Notes under the pieces: generated by a model
What the model saw: the letters and a program-made list of their open reading frames with translations, nothing else
Databases searched by the model: none
Told to the model about the DNA's origin: nothing
Shown here: in pieces, positions 39,881 through 52,658 of the stretch
Numbering within the stretch: position 1 is the first letter of the stretch
Layout of the letters: every line of letters begins with the position of its first letter
Translations under genes and position numbers: made by a program
Assembly (NCBI GenBank): GCA_964016885.1
Contig: OZ024750.1
Span: forward strand, 31,558,001 to 31,622,000
Direction: 5' to 3'
Source of the DNA: Eledone cirrhosa
Taxonomy: Eukaryota
DNA length: 64,000 nt

Positions 39881-40166
39881 TCTTGCGTAACAGATTTAGG
39901 TCTGTACGGGTATCAAAGGCTATTGCCCGATATAGGTTTGTTATTTTTATTGATTTATTACTTTAAATCGAGTCAGGCAAACCATATTGTTTTAAATGAG
40001 CATTTTTTCAACCTACCTAACTTGGTCATTTGCCATTGGAACACATGTATACTTGTATCTGTGTCCATCCCTCTTATATATACAATTATATTACACGGCT
40101 CAGAAAGATTCCCTTCTTTGAGCTATTTAATTGTAAAAGACTATTTTGAGTTTCTAACTCAATCTA

Positions 40167-40216
<50 letters not shown>

Positions 40217-40255
40217 GATACTAATAAATGCAAACTATATTTATAAAACCATATT

Positions 40256-40320
40256 TATTTCATTATACATATTTCAGGGATACCACATTAAATTATGGTA
40301 TGCCTTCAACAGACAAAATA
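40256..40320 (-). ncRNA. Family B hammerhead with core mutation (CTGTTGA)
   Basis: tattttgt-CTGTTGA-aggcatacca/tggtatccct-GAAA-tatgt-ATA-atgaaata. Confidence 0.6.
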
Positions 40321-40677
40321 CAATATATAACAGTTTTACAAATAGCTTTGACGTACCCTTTTAAGATGCAACCATTACTTTTGGAGGCTGTCTGGATAGT
40401 GATTTGTTTATATTATTTTAATAAGTCATAGTGTTAAGCACAATTAGAAAAAGACGGAGAGAAAAAAAAAAGAAAAAAGACGGAGAGAGAGAAAGAATAT
40501 ATATATACATATATGTTATAGTGGAAGTGATGGATCTACCGCGTGTTGTCCATCTTACCATGTATCGAGTATTTCTTTGATTCGAGGTCTTCCCCGTCTC
40601 AGTACCACAGACAGTCAATATATATATTATTATAGTTTATATATATATATATTATTATAGTTTATATATATATATAA

Positions 40678-41054
40678 ATTATAATAAAGTAAGAAGTGCG
40701 GGACTGCGTACGGTTTATAGTTTTTTTTATCCCATTAGTAAAATAAGTTGGATTACTTTGAATAAATAATTAATGAATATTACATAATTTATCTACTAAA
40801 TTTCGTGGCTGTTGATTAAATATATTTTGTTTATTTAAAGGTTCACTTCTTTAAAAATTCTGAAATGTCAACACTTCCGGTTGGCCATCGCGTAAATAAA
40901 CATACTAATTTTTTCTGTCACTAATTTTCTCCTAATGCAGTTTATATGATATCGTCTTGTTTAATGTATCATGGATTACGTTACTGATTACATAAGACAG
41001 TGTAACGCAGTCTTCGTTCAATTTCTATGTATTATATATTGTTTTTTCTGCTAG
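40678..41054 (+). mobile_element. Non-autonomous Helitron-like element, internally deleted
   Basis: Homologous to 42578-43105 without the SINE; ends ttttctgCTAG. Confidence 0.7.
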
Positions 41055-41204
41055 AAGTAATAATAATAAATGTGAAGACTGAATTCAGAATATACCGTTA
41101 AGGGTGAAAGCAGCGATTCTTTGCTTAAACTTTAATCTGTTATTTTAATATACATATATTTGTGTGTGTATATGTGAGTGAGTATATGTAAGTATTTAAG
41201 TATG

Positions 41205-41247
<43 letters not shown>

Positions 41248-42569
41248 GGAATAGAATGAAACGAAATTTCATTTCTCACTCTTATTACGGCAGTTACTTA
41301 AATGTAAGTATGTATGTATACGTACATACATATATGTATACAGACGTACAGTAGTATACATACATGCACACATATATATATGTACGTATCGGTTCACCGA
41401 ACATTTATTATAATGCTCGGTTTGTTTGTAAACAAACAAACAGCCCGAATTACGCCGTACAGTGTTTAGGCAACCTCATCACCTTTTTGTTCAACACTGA
41501 CACAGGAACGATGTACTAGTTTCAAGCTTATTAGCTATCGTCAGCATTGTTTACCTTCCTGCCAGATGGTTGAACGTCTGAAAGTATATACTTTCCTTAT
41601 GCATATTAACGGCTGAGCAGTCTAATTTGCATATCGAGTGAGTTTAGACGTACAGTAGTATGTATATATATATGCATACTACTGTACGTCTGTACACATA
41701 TATGTATGTACATATACATACATACTTACATTTATATATATATATAAATATGTGTGTGTGTGTGTGTGTGTGTATGTGTGTGTATACATGCACGCCCCCG
41801 TCACTCCTGGGAGTGTCATAGGTGCACCGTATTGACATGCATCGTTTGTAGGGCGCAAGTAATCCTGGCGGAGTCTATCTCCTCTCCAGGTCATATATAT
41901 ACATATGTGTGTGTATGTGTGTGTTTGTATGTGTGTGTATGTGTGGCGTGTGTAAAATAGTTCTATATATAGTCGTTCATAAACAATGCATGTTTATCAT
42001 ATCATTTCCTCTATCGTGCAATCACTTTTGATGTCCTTGCATTGTGTTAGTTTGAGGCTGAATTTCCGAGTGAATAAATCCTGTTATTCAACAATGATAT
42101 TTCTTTTCTGCTGTTGCTGGTGTCACAATGTCTCTGAGCAGGACACTTAAAATACGCATGCCTCACTTCCTCTAGCTGAATGTTTTGTGTTTAATATTAT
42201 CTGGGAAATGTTATCAGCTAAAGACTGCTTTGTCATCTAAATTCATAGGACACTCTTCATTACATTCGCTTTTTAATAACATTCACCTTTCAAAAACATC
42301 TACTTATAAATGATAGGATACATTACTCGTCTTCTAACTCTGCATTCATAGTTCGGAAACTGTGCCAGCAAATAAATGTTCAACAATAAATATTTTTTTC
42401 CTTTTGTATTCACATGATTATTTGCATTTAAATGATAGTAATATGTTATTGTTACATTTGTAATGTGAGTGAATCGCCTTTTGGTAGTTGTTGAGAACCA
42501 GGGCACCGGGGAATTGTGGGAGGAAAATATATATAAAAAATATGTATGTAAAGATAATTGTTATTTCTA

Positions 42570-43228
42570 TCTAAACTATAATAAAGTAAGGAGTGCAGGA
42601 CTGCGTAAGGTTTATAATTTGTTATCCCTTTAGTAAAATAAGTTGGAATATTTTGAATAAATAATTGTTTCTACTTTAGGCACAAGGCCAGCAATTACGC
42701 AGTGCATTACTGGCACTTTATTTTATCGACCCCGTAAGGATGAAAGGCAAAGTCAACCTCGGCGGGATTTGAACTCACATCGTAAAAGGATGTAACTATG
42801 CTGGAAAGCATGGCGTCCGACCCTCTACCGATACTGCCAATCCACCCCAATACTTTGAATAAATAATGAATGAATATTACATAATTTATCTGCTAAATTT
42901 CGTGGCTGCTGATTAAATATATTTTGTTTATTTAAAAATTCACTTCATTAAAATTTCTGAAATGTCAACACTTCTAATTTTCTGTCACTAATTTTCTCCT
43001 AATGCAGTTTATATATAATATCGTATTTTTTAATGTATCATGGATTACGTTACTGATTACATAAGACAGAGTAACGCAGTCTACGTTCAATTTCTATGTA
43101 TTATATATTGTCAATTACGGTTTTATTTGATATATCATATCTACATGCATATATACTTGCGTATAATATCAATATACACACTACACATGCTAGCAGAAAA
43201 ACCACCCTTCGGGTGGCTTTTCTGTTAG
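42570..43228 (+). mobile_element. Non-autonomous Helitron-like element
   Basis: 5' end a|TCtaaactataataaag. 3' hairpin cagaaaaaccacc-cttcg-ggtggcttttctg, then TTAG|t. A/T target, no TSD. Confidence 0.75.
42666..42848 (-). mobile_element. Full-length SINE family 1 with 19-bp TSD
   Basis: aata(t/c)tttgaataaataat at 42647-42665 and 42849-42867. Confidence 0.9.
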
Positions 43229-43594
43229 TACTTATGATAATAATGAAAATTGTTGTGTATGGTGCTCAGCTGCACTACCGCTGATCAAAGGGGCTTGTGT
43301 ATTACATAGAATGAAGTACAAAGGTTAGGAAAGTGAACAGTGTATTAGTCATGATATACTCACAGCCCTACATACGCACACACACATGCGTACGTGTGTA
43401 TGGTGGGGGAATATCAGGTGTAGTGTTTCTGTATATTACGTTAGCAATATACATTAACATTTTAAAAATCACATTTACAATATGGTAACTATAAAAAGGA
43501 AAACATAAATAAAACAAGAAAGCAGAATCAATATAAGAGGAATGGTGTTTAGGAAATTTCTACGTTCTTAACTAGGTGGTTATCTCGGTTGGGT

Positions 43595-43775
43595 TCCCAG
43601 AGAAGATGGCGAAACCTTTGACCCGAATATCCAGCGATACCCGCTGCATCAGCCATTCTATCGCGCACAGTCTTTCCTCAGGCGTAATGCTCTTGTACTG
43701 ATTTAACAGAAGTAAATTGCATATGCCAGACCGAGGAAAGCAGAGGTCTCAATAGTAACCGACACACATGGAAGA
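43595..43775 (-). mobile_element. CRE-like (restriction-like endonuclease) non-LTR 3' relic
   Basis: SVTIETSAFLG...IEWLMQRVSLDI...FAIF is homologous to 57240-57410. Confidence 0.5.
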
Positions 43776-43811
43776 CAATCAATCAGCATCTGGTATTATT
43801 TTAGGTATAAA

Positions 43812-43924
43812 GGCAAAGTTAATCGCGCCGAGGTTAACTTTGCCTTTCATCCTTTCGGGGTCGATAAAATAAAGTACCAGTAATACACTGGGTAATTGCT
43901 GGCCTTGTGCCAAATGTAGAAACA
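43812..43924 (+). mobile_element. 5'-truncated SINE family 1 with short 5' inversion and 17-bp TSD
   Basis: attattttaggtataaa at 43795-43811 and 43925-43941; inversion aaggcaaagttaa/ttaactttgcctt. Confidence 0.85.
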
Positions 43925-44099
43925 ATTATTTTAGGTATAAATGAGTGAACTAATTATTTTTACATCAGATGTTTTCGTTGTTATTGTGAGTTAGCATCAG
44001 GACGGTGCTGAACAAATGAAGTCTCTGATCAAAGGTATGTCAATGATATTTAAGCTAGACTTTTTAATATATTTAAATTATTACGATCTGCGTTGAGTC

Positions 44100-44500
44100 G
44101 GTTGTTAGGTAGAATCGCCAGAGTATCTTTAACAAAAATATTTATGGTGTTTGTTCTTGCTCTTTACGTTCCGATTTAAAATTCCGCAGAGTCAACTTTC
44201 GTCATCGATAAAAGCAAGTGTCACGCCAGTATTGGTGTTGATTGAATTGATTGTTCCCTCTACCGATTTATAATCGCGTGATGGTTTTAGTAATTATTAT
44301 TATCCGGGTGTTTAGGACGGTGGATTGGCAGTATCCGTAAAGAGTCGGACACCATACTCTGCAGCACAGAGTTACTTTGCGTTTCTTTGCCTTTCATCCT
44401 TACTGGGTCGATAAAATAAAGGACTAGTATCGCGCTGTGGTTAATTTAATCGACTTCATTTTCCCTCAAATTGTTGACTCTTTGCCTAAATCAGAAACCA
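44100..44500 (+). mobile_element. Two older SINE family 1 copies (about 44100-44260; 44317-44500)
   Basis: ggtggattggcagtatccgtaa...ctttgcctttcatccttactgggtcgataaaataaa. Confidence 0.65.
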
Positions 44501-46249
44501 TCTTTATCCAAGTGTTTCTTGACAGATTCGTTAGAGCGTCCATCAAAAATCCTTGTGTTATATGTACTCATTTCACGTTCTAACTTTAAAGGATGGGGAT
44601 GTCAACACCATTTTTAATCTAATAGTGCGGGTTCACTCGCTGGAATAAGTAGCTGCCAAGAAACAGCGGCTTTTACGCGGCTTCTGTTTATCCTAAATCT
44701 GATTAACCACGTATCTAATGGTAGAAACGGTGGTGACACCAATTTGATGGGGTGTATTGTTTAGTTACACTCCATTACATTCCTAATTCAAAAGCTTTAA
44801 CTATTCTGTTGAATCTTGTGAAGGTGGCACAAAATGTAAATGAAAGATGTTCCTTCAAGTTAACGAACGATCACAGGTGCATCTGTTTATAAGTATTTCA
44901 TGCTTGTGATTGAATTTACCTGGGCGTTTTTTTATAATAAACATTCTTGTTGACTATTGATAATTCTGGGGGCAGGTAAAATTGACTCCAGATTTTACCA
45001 GTTCTTAACATGTACTTTATGTAACGACCGAAAAACAGTAAAATGGTAAACATGACCAGTGTCGTATGGATTCAGAATTCAGCGAATCGGAATATATGCC
45101 GCAAGCCGTGCTACAAGACAGTCAACGTCGCTGCTTTCATGAAGTACTGTGTATACATGAAGTACTGAGTTAAATATAACTGACTACACCTAGCATTGTG
45201 ACATCGTAAGAAATCATTATTTCTATTTATATTTGGTCAACAGAGTGGCGGAAATGGTTGTGTACCAATGTGAATAATTAATCGTATTTACTTTACTATC
45301 TTCTCCTTCTGATTTTTCTTTTATCCCTACTAATCTCTACAATAAAAACCGTCATATAGTGTGGCCCCTTAACCCTTATATGACCATATTATTGATGTAT
45401 TGTGTTGTATTTCAGTTAATCTAAAACCTGAGGAATTTACTTACGTTATTCAACCCAGTGAAGCAAGAACACATCAATCTTTCGTTTTTGATTGAACCGT
45501 TTCCGTTTCATATTAGAAAAGAGGGCATTAGCCCTGAAATATGTTGAAATATACTGGGTAAAACATTACTATGTTTTCTTTTATTTCTCATCCTTTGTCC
45601 TTTATATATTTATACAACATTATACAGACTTCCTTAAACTTATTTATTAAAATTATTCATTATTTCGTTCGTAACATATCGTTCCTATATAAAATTATGC
45701 TGGAAGATTTTAATTTAAATAGGAAGCCTTTAAAATGGGTGGTTTTGCTTTATCTAACCAGAGCCATGTTTGAACGGGTTGGTACCACAAAGTTTTAAAT
45801 CAATATATAATTATCGAGAATTTATGAACTGGTGTTGAAGTTAACAATGATTATCATTAGAGCGATAGAATGGCATCAACGGTACTTGACTAAGTGCTTT
45901 GAATTATTAATTCTGTCTCTGTCTATTTAGATTTCTAATTCCCCAGGAAGAAACTTTAACTCTTATCCCGGTGAATGTTATCTGTGATGTCTTATTGGAT
46001 CAGCTGTCACGTTTATGATAGTAGAAGTTTGCTCGATTCTTAAGTTGGTCGAACAATATACTTGGAATTATTTGTTCCTCGTCAAATTACGCCGATGTCA
46101 AATTTGACTTTCAATCTTTGGAGTTCGATTACGTATATTGCTAGTCAAGTACTGGGTTCCATTCATTTGACTACCCATGAGATCCCAGCCACAAAAAGTT
46201 CTGACCGTCGACATTGATAAGTAATTACTTTTATTACTATGGCACTGGA

Positions 46250-46690
46250 AAGGATGGTAGATTGAAAGTATCGGTAGAGGGACGGACGCCATGCTTTGCA
46301 ACATCGAGTTATGGCCCTTTACGATTTGAGTTCAAATCCCGCCAAGGTTAACTTTGCCTTTCATCCTTACGGGGTCGGTAAAATAAAGTACCAGACGATT
46401 TAATCGACTTTCCCCTCCTCCCACATTGCTGGCCTTCTGCGTATACAAGAAACCATTATAATGGCACTGGAAGAGCAGTGGATTGGTAGTATCAGTAGAA
46501 CGTCGGACAGCATTCTTAGTAGCATAGAATTACAACATTTTACGTTCTGAGATCAAATCCCACCGAGTTTAAATTTGACTTTCATCCTTACGGGATCGAT
46601 AAAATAAAGTACTAGTAAAACACTTGGTTCGATTTAATCGCCTTTCCCCCTTCCCCAACATTTTTAGCCTTGTTCCTAAAACAGTAAATT
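46250..46690 (+). mobile_element. Two tandem SINE family 1 copies
   Basis: Each is preceded by atggcactggaag and contains gagttcaaatccc/gagatcaaatccc B boxes. Confidence 0.8.
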
Positions 46691-49600
46691 TATATAATGC
46701 CAAAGCAAGAAATAATTACGATTATTACCATTTGAATGATTGGGGATGAGTTCAAACCTTCTTACGAACTTGACTCACATCGCTTCGAGATCGATAAAAT
46801 AATAACCTGTGAAGTAATGTAATAAATTCAGTCAATTATACCTTTCCACGAAATTTGTAAGCTCGTGTCATAGTCGGATGTCATAATTACTATTATTATT
46901 ATTCGATCGACAGCAAGTCTACGTGCTGGTGTATAGATAATGGTTTTTATAAGTTTACAAAATAGAAACTCGAGCAAAAAAGGAAACATCACGTATGACT
47001 TTAACGCTACAATTTAGATTGGAAAACTATGCAACAAAAAGTGTTCATGTGAATTATTAACGGACAATTTGCTAACTGCTTATAGGTGGCGTTCTGTTGA
47101 CATGATGGCTGTTAACAAAAGCTAAGTAATATGAACAGCAGACACATTTGAACAGCTGGAAGTCCCAGAAACGAAGAAGTATAAATGGGTGGAGTTATGG
47201 TGTGAGGTGCAGTCATAGACTACACGAAAGTAGAATTAAAAAATAAAATAAAAGAAAGAACATAAAAAGTAATGAAGTGTGAATGTAAAGGTTGAAACGA
47301 GATGAGAAATATAAAAACGAATTCCATTATAACAACAACAAAACCTAGTTTTGTCGACGAGCCAAACTGTTTCATAGTTGAAGATAAATAGACCTTAATT
47401 TGCACTTGCATTAACAAGTGGAAATTTATGTCACTTTATCAAAGAAATGAGTGAACCTATATATGCATGAATTTAGAGTTTTGCGGAAGGCTACTATGAA
47501 GATCAAATGCATAGAAAACACAAGAATTGTTGTTTAAGTCTATTTAAATTATGTTGTTTGTATACTATTCATAAGATTCAGTACCTCGATATATACTGCA
47601 GCAGCATCTGTTCTTTCGTTGATAAAATTCACCGAATTTTCAGACACTAACGGAAAAAAGGAAAATGGAATGGGTAAGGATATCCATATACACTGCCCTA
47701 GGATGAAATATTCACTCTCCTCAAGGATGAAATAGTTTCATTTCTTCCTTATTGGCCTTCAGCTTCCACGCCTTAACAGCAACATGGAGAAAATAAATAA
47801 TACAAAGGACAAGCTGACATTTTAAAAGAGAATTGGTCTCAAATAATTCAGTTTGTTCCACTCAAACCCATCTAATATTTTAATCATGAAAGCAATCTAT
47901 GCGTAGTCGTTTCGTAAGCTCCCTGATGAGAGGAAATACATTGAACTACCAATCAGAATAACTTTTACGAAATGAAAACCAGTAAAACATTCGAGGAGTT
48001 AGAAAGGAATTCTCTCTCATAGGAGGGAAAATAAATGCTATTCTATTGTGTTATTATTGAAATTCCAACTCATTTTCATTCTGTGGAAATGGAAAATAGC
48101 ACTATTGGCGGATGGTTTAAACCTCTTAGCGATCGTCCAGACAGCAGGCAGGCACCATTGATCAATCTACGACACTTTAGAGATATTTTTCGGAAATATA
48201 TCAGTCACCACATTCCCAATTCATGTCTTATAGAAGTAAAGGGTAATACTTAAAATATTTTGATAACCACACTCATAATTTATATCTTGTAGAAGTAAAG
48301 TGTAGTGGTCAAAATACTGTTCTTACTATCACGTGTCAGAGGATTTCCTGTTAAAGAAAACCTCTCGAGTGAAGGTCAATGCGAAATTCCGCATTTATTT
48401 GATCACGACTCAAAACTAGTGTCAAAATGGCGAAGATTTGAAGCTCAGTGATGGACATGGATTTGAATTTAATGTTGGTTAGGAATTATTGTGCAGAACA
48501 ATTAACATACAAGTGATAGGATAAATAGAGACCAATAAGTAGACACATTAAAAGTGGTGGACCGCATTTAATAAACGTAGGGAGTTAGCCAGCTACCTAC
48601 TTTATGTTTATGGATTATTTCGATCTCAAAAGGTCTATGAGTATCAACAAACTCTATAAGAATATGAATATATATTAGAAAATACACTCTTAGGACTTTA
48701 AATATTTTGAGATTAGGCGATTAGTGGGATTGAGTAATCAAAAGAATGTTATAGGATTAGGTGTGTATCTGCATATAGATTAAAGCAGAAAGAAACACAG
48801 GAGAAGGGAAACTGAGCATAAACATTAGTCATATTCAGAAGCAAAGTGGAGGTAGTGTAAATTAAATTAGAATCGATCCTTGCTTGTATACTCAGAACGA
48901 ACTAGATCCTGCTCGATCGACGAACGTATAATAGGTCCAGAGATATGTGGAGGTTTGACAGGAAATATTCATCGGGACTACAGAGTGTCATACTCCAAGA
49001 AACGGAAGAAATTTTTAAACCTCTCTGAGACTACATTGCAAACGTTTAAGCACAGTATGTGGCCTTGATAAAGATAAACAGTAAATAAATTATACGCCAT
49101 GATTTTCTGATAGAAACATTGCGTAGTATGTTATTGCGATTCAGCTTGAGGTCGTAGCTTCGGTTTTCACAGGAATAAAGAACGGTAAATGTCAAGGCAT
49201 CTGTAGCCTCTCTGTTATATTTTATGAATTATTGACAGTTTTGTTTTCTTGAAAATTGAAATATAGAGCTTGGCTTAAAGAGCAATATGATTCTAAGTTT
49301 TATCCAACTTACGAAATGTCACAATGTGGAGAACTATTAATCATTTGGATGAGGTGGGGTGGGGGTATTATAATTGATTTGGTTTTACAAATAAACTTAC
49401 TGAAAATAAATTTACCCGACGTCTCAGAATATTTATGCTGTCAATATCTCTGTCAGGGGATCATTCCCTCAAGACAACGTTGCAAAGTTAATTGTATAGT
49501 CCAACACGACACAAAAGACTGAAGACACTTCGGATATTTCAATTATGAACACAAATAAATCAATGAAACTGCTGGAAGTGTAGATATACATAGCTCTATT

Positions 49601-50940
49601 TTCAGATGATCAACAGCTGAATGAGAGCATTGGATAGAATCACTGAAGCTGTTCTTTATTAGTTTATGTAACATCTTTCCACAAAATATATTACGACACT
49701 AATTCCTAAATGATCTTCAAGAAGTGACAATTAACTACCATATATGCCCGGAAAAAAGATAATATATTAACGAAATGTTTGAATCATGTTTTATGTAAAG
49801 GAATATTGATTCCATATAATCAGAAAGTATATCTTTACAATTAAGGATTCGAAACAATCGCTACGGTGCCTGTCCTGTCAATGTTACTACAAGATCGCCA
49901 TGTTCACGACAAGCTTTCAATGTATCTGACATAGCCTTTGGAGATGCTAAATATGTTACAATGACAGCGAAACACATGAATTTATGCTACCTCCTGTCCT
50001 CTTCATTACCAGTATCTTTGCTCAGGGACTTCTGTCACTGTAATGTAAGATGTAATTACCAATATATTTCCTGGTTGTCCCAGGGCAGCTCTGATCAAGT
50101 ACACTGATGATCTATATATTTCCACCGGCATCCATTCCATTTCGAAGGGAGAGTAACGCAGTGATATCAGCACCACCCAATGTACTCTATCTTAAGATAT
50201 TGGAGGGGACTCTAGCAAATAATTCTGGCAGTTCGAGATTTCATTGTAGCCTTGGTCTTACCTTGTTTATTTTTTGAACAAATTGTTAGTTATTTAGTCT
50301 TTTCAGATTTTCCAGTCTGTTATCCCGTGTTCCAATATTGTGTTTGAGTAGTGTATCACCATTTATGATAGATGTTTATATTATATGTTCAGGGAGCAAC
50401 AAAAATATTGGAAGAGATAAGAGGAAAACAAAATAGGGTTAGTGAAGAGAGAGCAGTGGAGGTAGAGCAAAAAGACTACAATTGTGTTACTGCAGGATAA
50501 ATATAGATATATGGGTATAAAATAGAGAACAGAGTGGAGACATTCTATTGACGTAAATAAGAGCGAAAGTGATACATAGACGGAGAGAGGAAAACAGAGA
50601 TTGTGTATGTGTCTGATTTTCTGTACAAGAATCTAAAGAAGATAGAGATATATAGCGAGTAAAAGAAATAATGTGAAATAATAACTGGAAGGATTTGCAA
50701 CCAAGGAATGAAAAAAGAAGGATACATGATATATCACGTGACAACCAGTCAAAAAGATGAATGCCCAACGGTCTTGTATCTGGTAATAATTTATCATGTA
50801 TTGCATAGCTATAAATCCATATGATTTAATCTAATCTAAGTAAAATATAATGAATGGTAGAATTATATATCGACTAGTTAACAGGAGCCCACATAAAGCG
50901 AATATATATGGTATATCTATCTATCTATCTATCTAATTTA

Positions 50941-51245
50941 CTGAAAGGTGGGTGAATGAAGCGAAAATGGCCCGAGTGATTAGGCCTTCTCTGTTTATAA
51001 ACCTGTAGGTTGAGGAAGAGAGCAAAAGGAAGAAAGGGGCACTTGCACAAAACGCTCTTGGAGTTGAGGGTTGTTCTATCGACGGGGTATTAAACAACCC
51101 ATTTGTGGCGCCTCCCCCCTATTGGGGATTTCGATTGTTGTACTTGTTTGTTTTTATATTTTTTACACGACTGTATGTAAAATCCCCGGCATGTCTTTGT
51201 ATTGTCCCCTTTTCTTGTGCGCCATTGTGGCTAATAAAGAAATAT
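50941..51245 (+). mobile_element. Third Tx1-type LINE 3' fragment, in (TATC)n
   Basis: RWVNEAKMARV compared with RWVNVARIARV. The 3' UTR gtctttgtattgtcccct...gtggctaataaag matches 10670-10705. Confidence 0.75.
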
Positions 51246-51260
51246 ATCTATCTATCTATC

Positions 51261-51459
51261 TTTTTCGAATATTAATAATAATATTCGATTCGTTTGCAAT
51301 TATGCAAACAAGCCCCATTTTTAAATGTGATGGCAAATTCTGTTTACATGCCAACACAAGAGCAAGAATGAGGGGCTCATTCTACTGACATGGCTTTAAA
51401 AATGTGGCGTGTTTGCATAATTGCAAACGAATCGAATATTATTATTAATATTCGAAAAA
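51261..51459. repeat. 65-bp inverted repeat with 69-bp spacer (MITE-like)
   Basis: Arms 51261-51325 and 51395-51459, two mismatches. Confidence 0.8.
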
Positions 51460-51512
51460 CTCAGATTACATTTATTGTATTCTGCCATGTAGAGCGAAAT
51501 GTTTTAATGTTA

Positions 51513-51610
<98 letters not shown>

Positions 51611-52325
51611 TTATATTTACCATATTTTTGTAGATACACACACACACACACACATATATATATCTATATCTATATATATAATGTATGTGTACATACATGT
51701 GAATTTATCTCGTTTGTATTTAAAAGTTGATCGAAACACCGTCTTAAAGTAAATTGTGATTGAAAAAATATCCAGCCCCTTTGCTTTTATTGTAATTGAA
51801 ATAGGCGACATCGACTTCCATATATTGATAGATCAAATTCATGGGGTTGTGACGTGATTGAACGAGAAGAGAAATGAGAGTGCTGGAATAGGTTTTAAAA
51901 CAATCGTTTCGAAATCTTCCGTTAGGAGATACATTTACGTGTCTGGGATAGAACCCTTTTTCTTGTGTATGTATGTATTCCTGTATATATGCATCTGTAT
52001 AGATGTTCTTCTGGTTTTATAATTTTATAAATGTTTACCAATAGAAAGTCAGTTTCTAACATTGATACAAGACTCATTGGGATTTAGACAACATCAGCTA
52101 CGTAGATATGTATGCATGTGTGTGCAGGTCTGCATGTTATTGTATGTGTGGATGTGGATGTTTTGGGTTACATGTATGCATGTTCATATGCTTTGCATCT
52201 GTACATATGCAGTTATTAGTGTGTGTGTGTGTGTCATATGCGAGTATTTTAGTATGCACATAAGTATAAACGTGTGTACGTATGGATATGTGTATATATA
52301 TATATATTATGTGTATATGTATGCT

Positions 52326-52364
<39 letters not shown>

Positions 52365-52366
<2 letters not shown>

Positions 52367-52534
52367 CAAAGGAATTGTGGTAAGCAAACTAGATGGACCA
52401 GAACGAACCAGAGTACTCACTACTTAGGGTAGTAGAGTGGGAAATAGAAAAAGTATGACCCCGACGGCTATTTCTGGACTGAATAGTCCAGAAATAGACG
52501 TCGAAACGGCTTGAGCTCTGCCGTCGGGGTCATA

Positions 52535-52540
<6 letters not shown>
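52365..52540. mobile_element. Family C terminus with fold-back
   Basis: aaagtatgaccccgacggc...ctggact-gaat-agtccag...GAAACGGC...GCCGTCggggtcatacttt. Confidence 0.75.
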
Positions 52541-52616
<76 letters not shown>

Positions 52617-52658
52617 CGGCGATGAATTAGTTTAGCGAGGTTTTTTATATGAAATCGT

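Noticed and set aside
47915-47945. ccCTGATGAgaggaaat
   Set aside because: Only 3 nt between the core halves and no stems; a chance match.
46900-50900. Repeat-poor 4-kb block that might hold host exons or regulatory DNA
   Set aside because: No ORF with recognisable motifs and no convincing splice pairs; BLASTX/RNA-seq would be needed.
52365-52650. Family C fold-back as the 5' pseudo-LTR of the adjacent PLE ORF
   Set aside because: It is separated by (CT)n(TA)n and shares no sequence with the PLE's 3' end, so it is more likely an independent insertion in the same tract.
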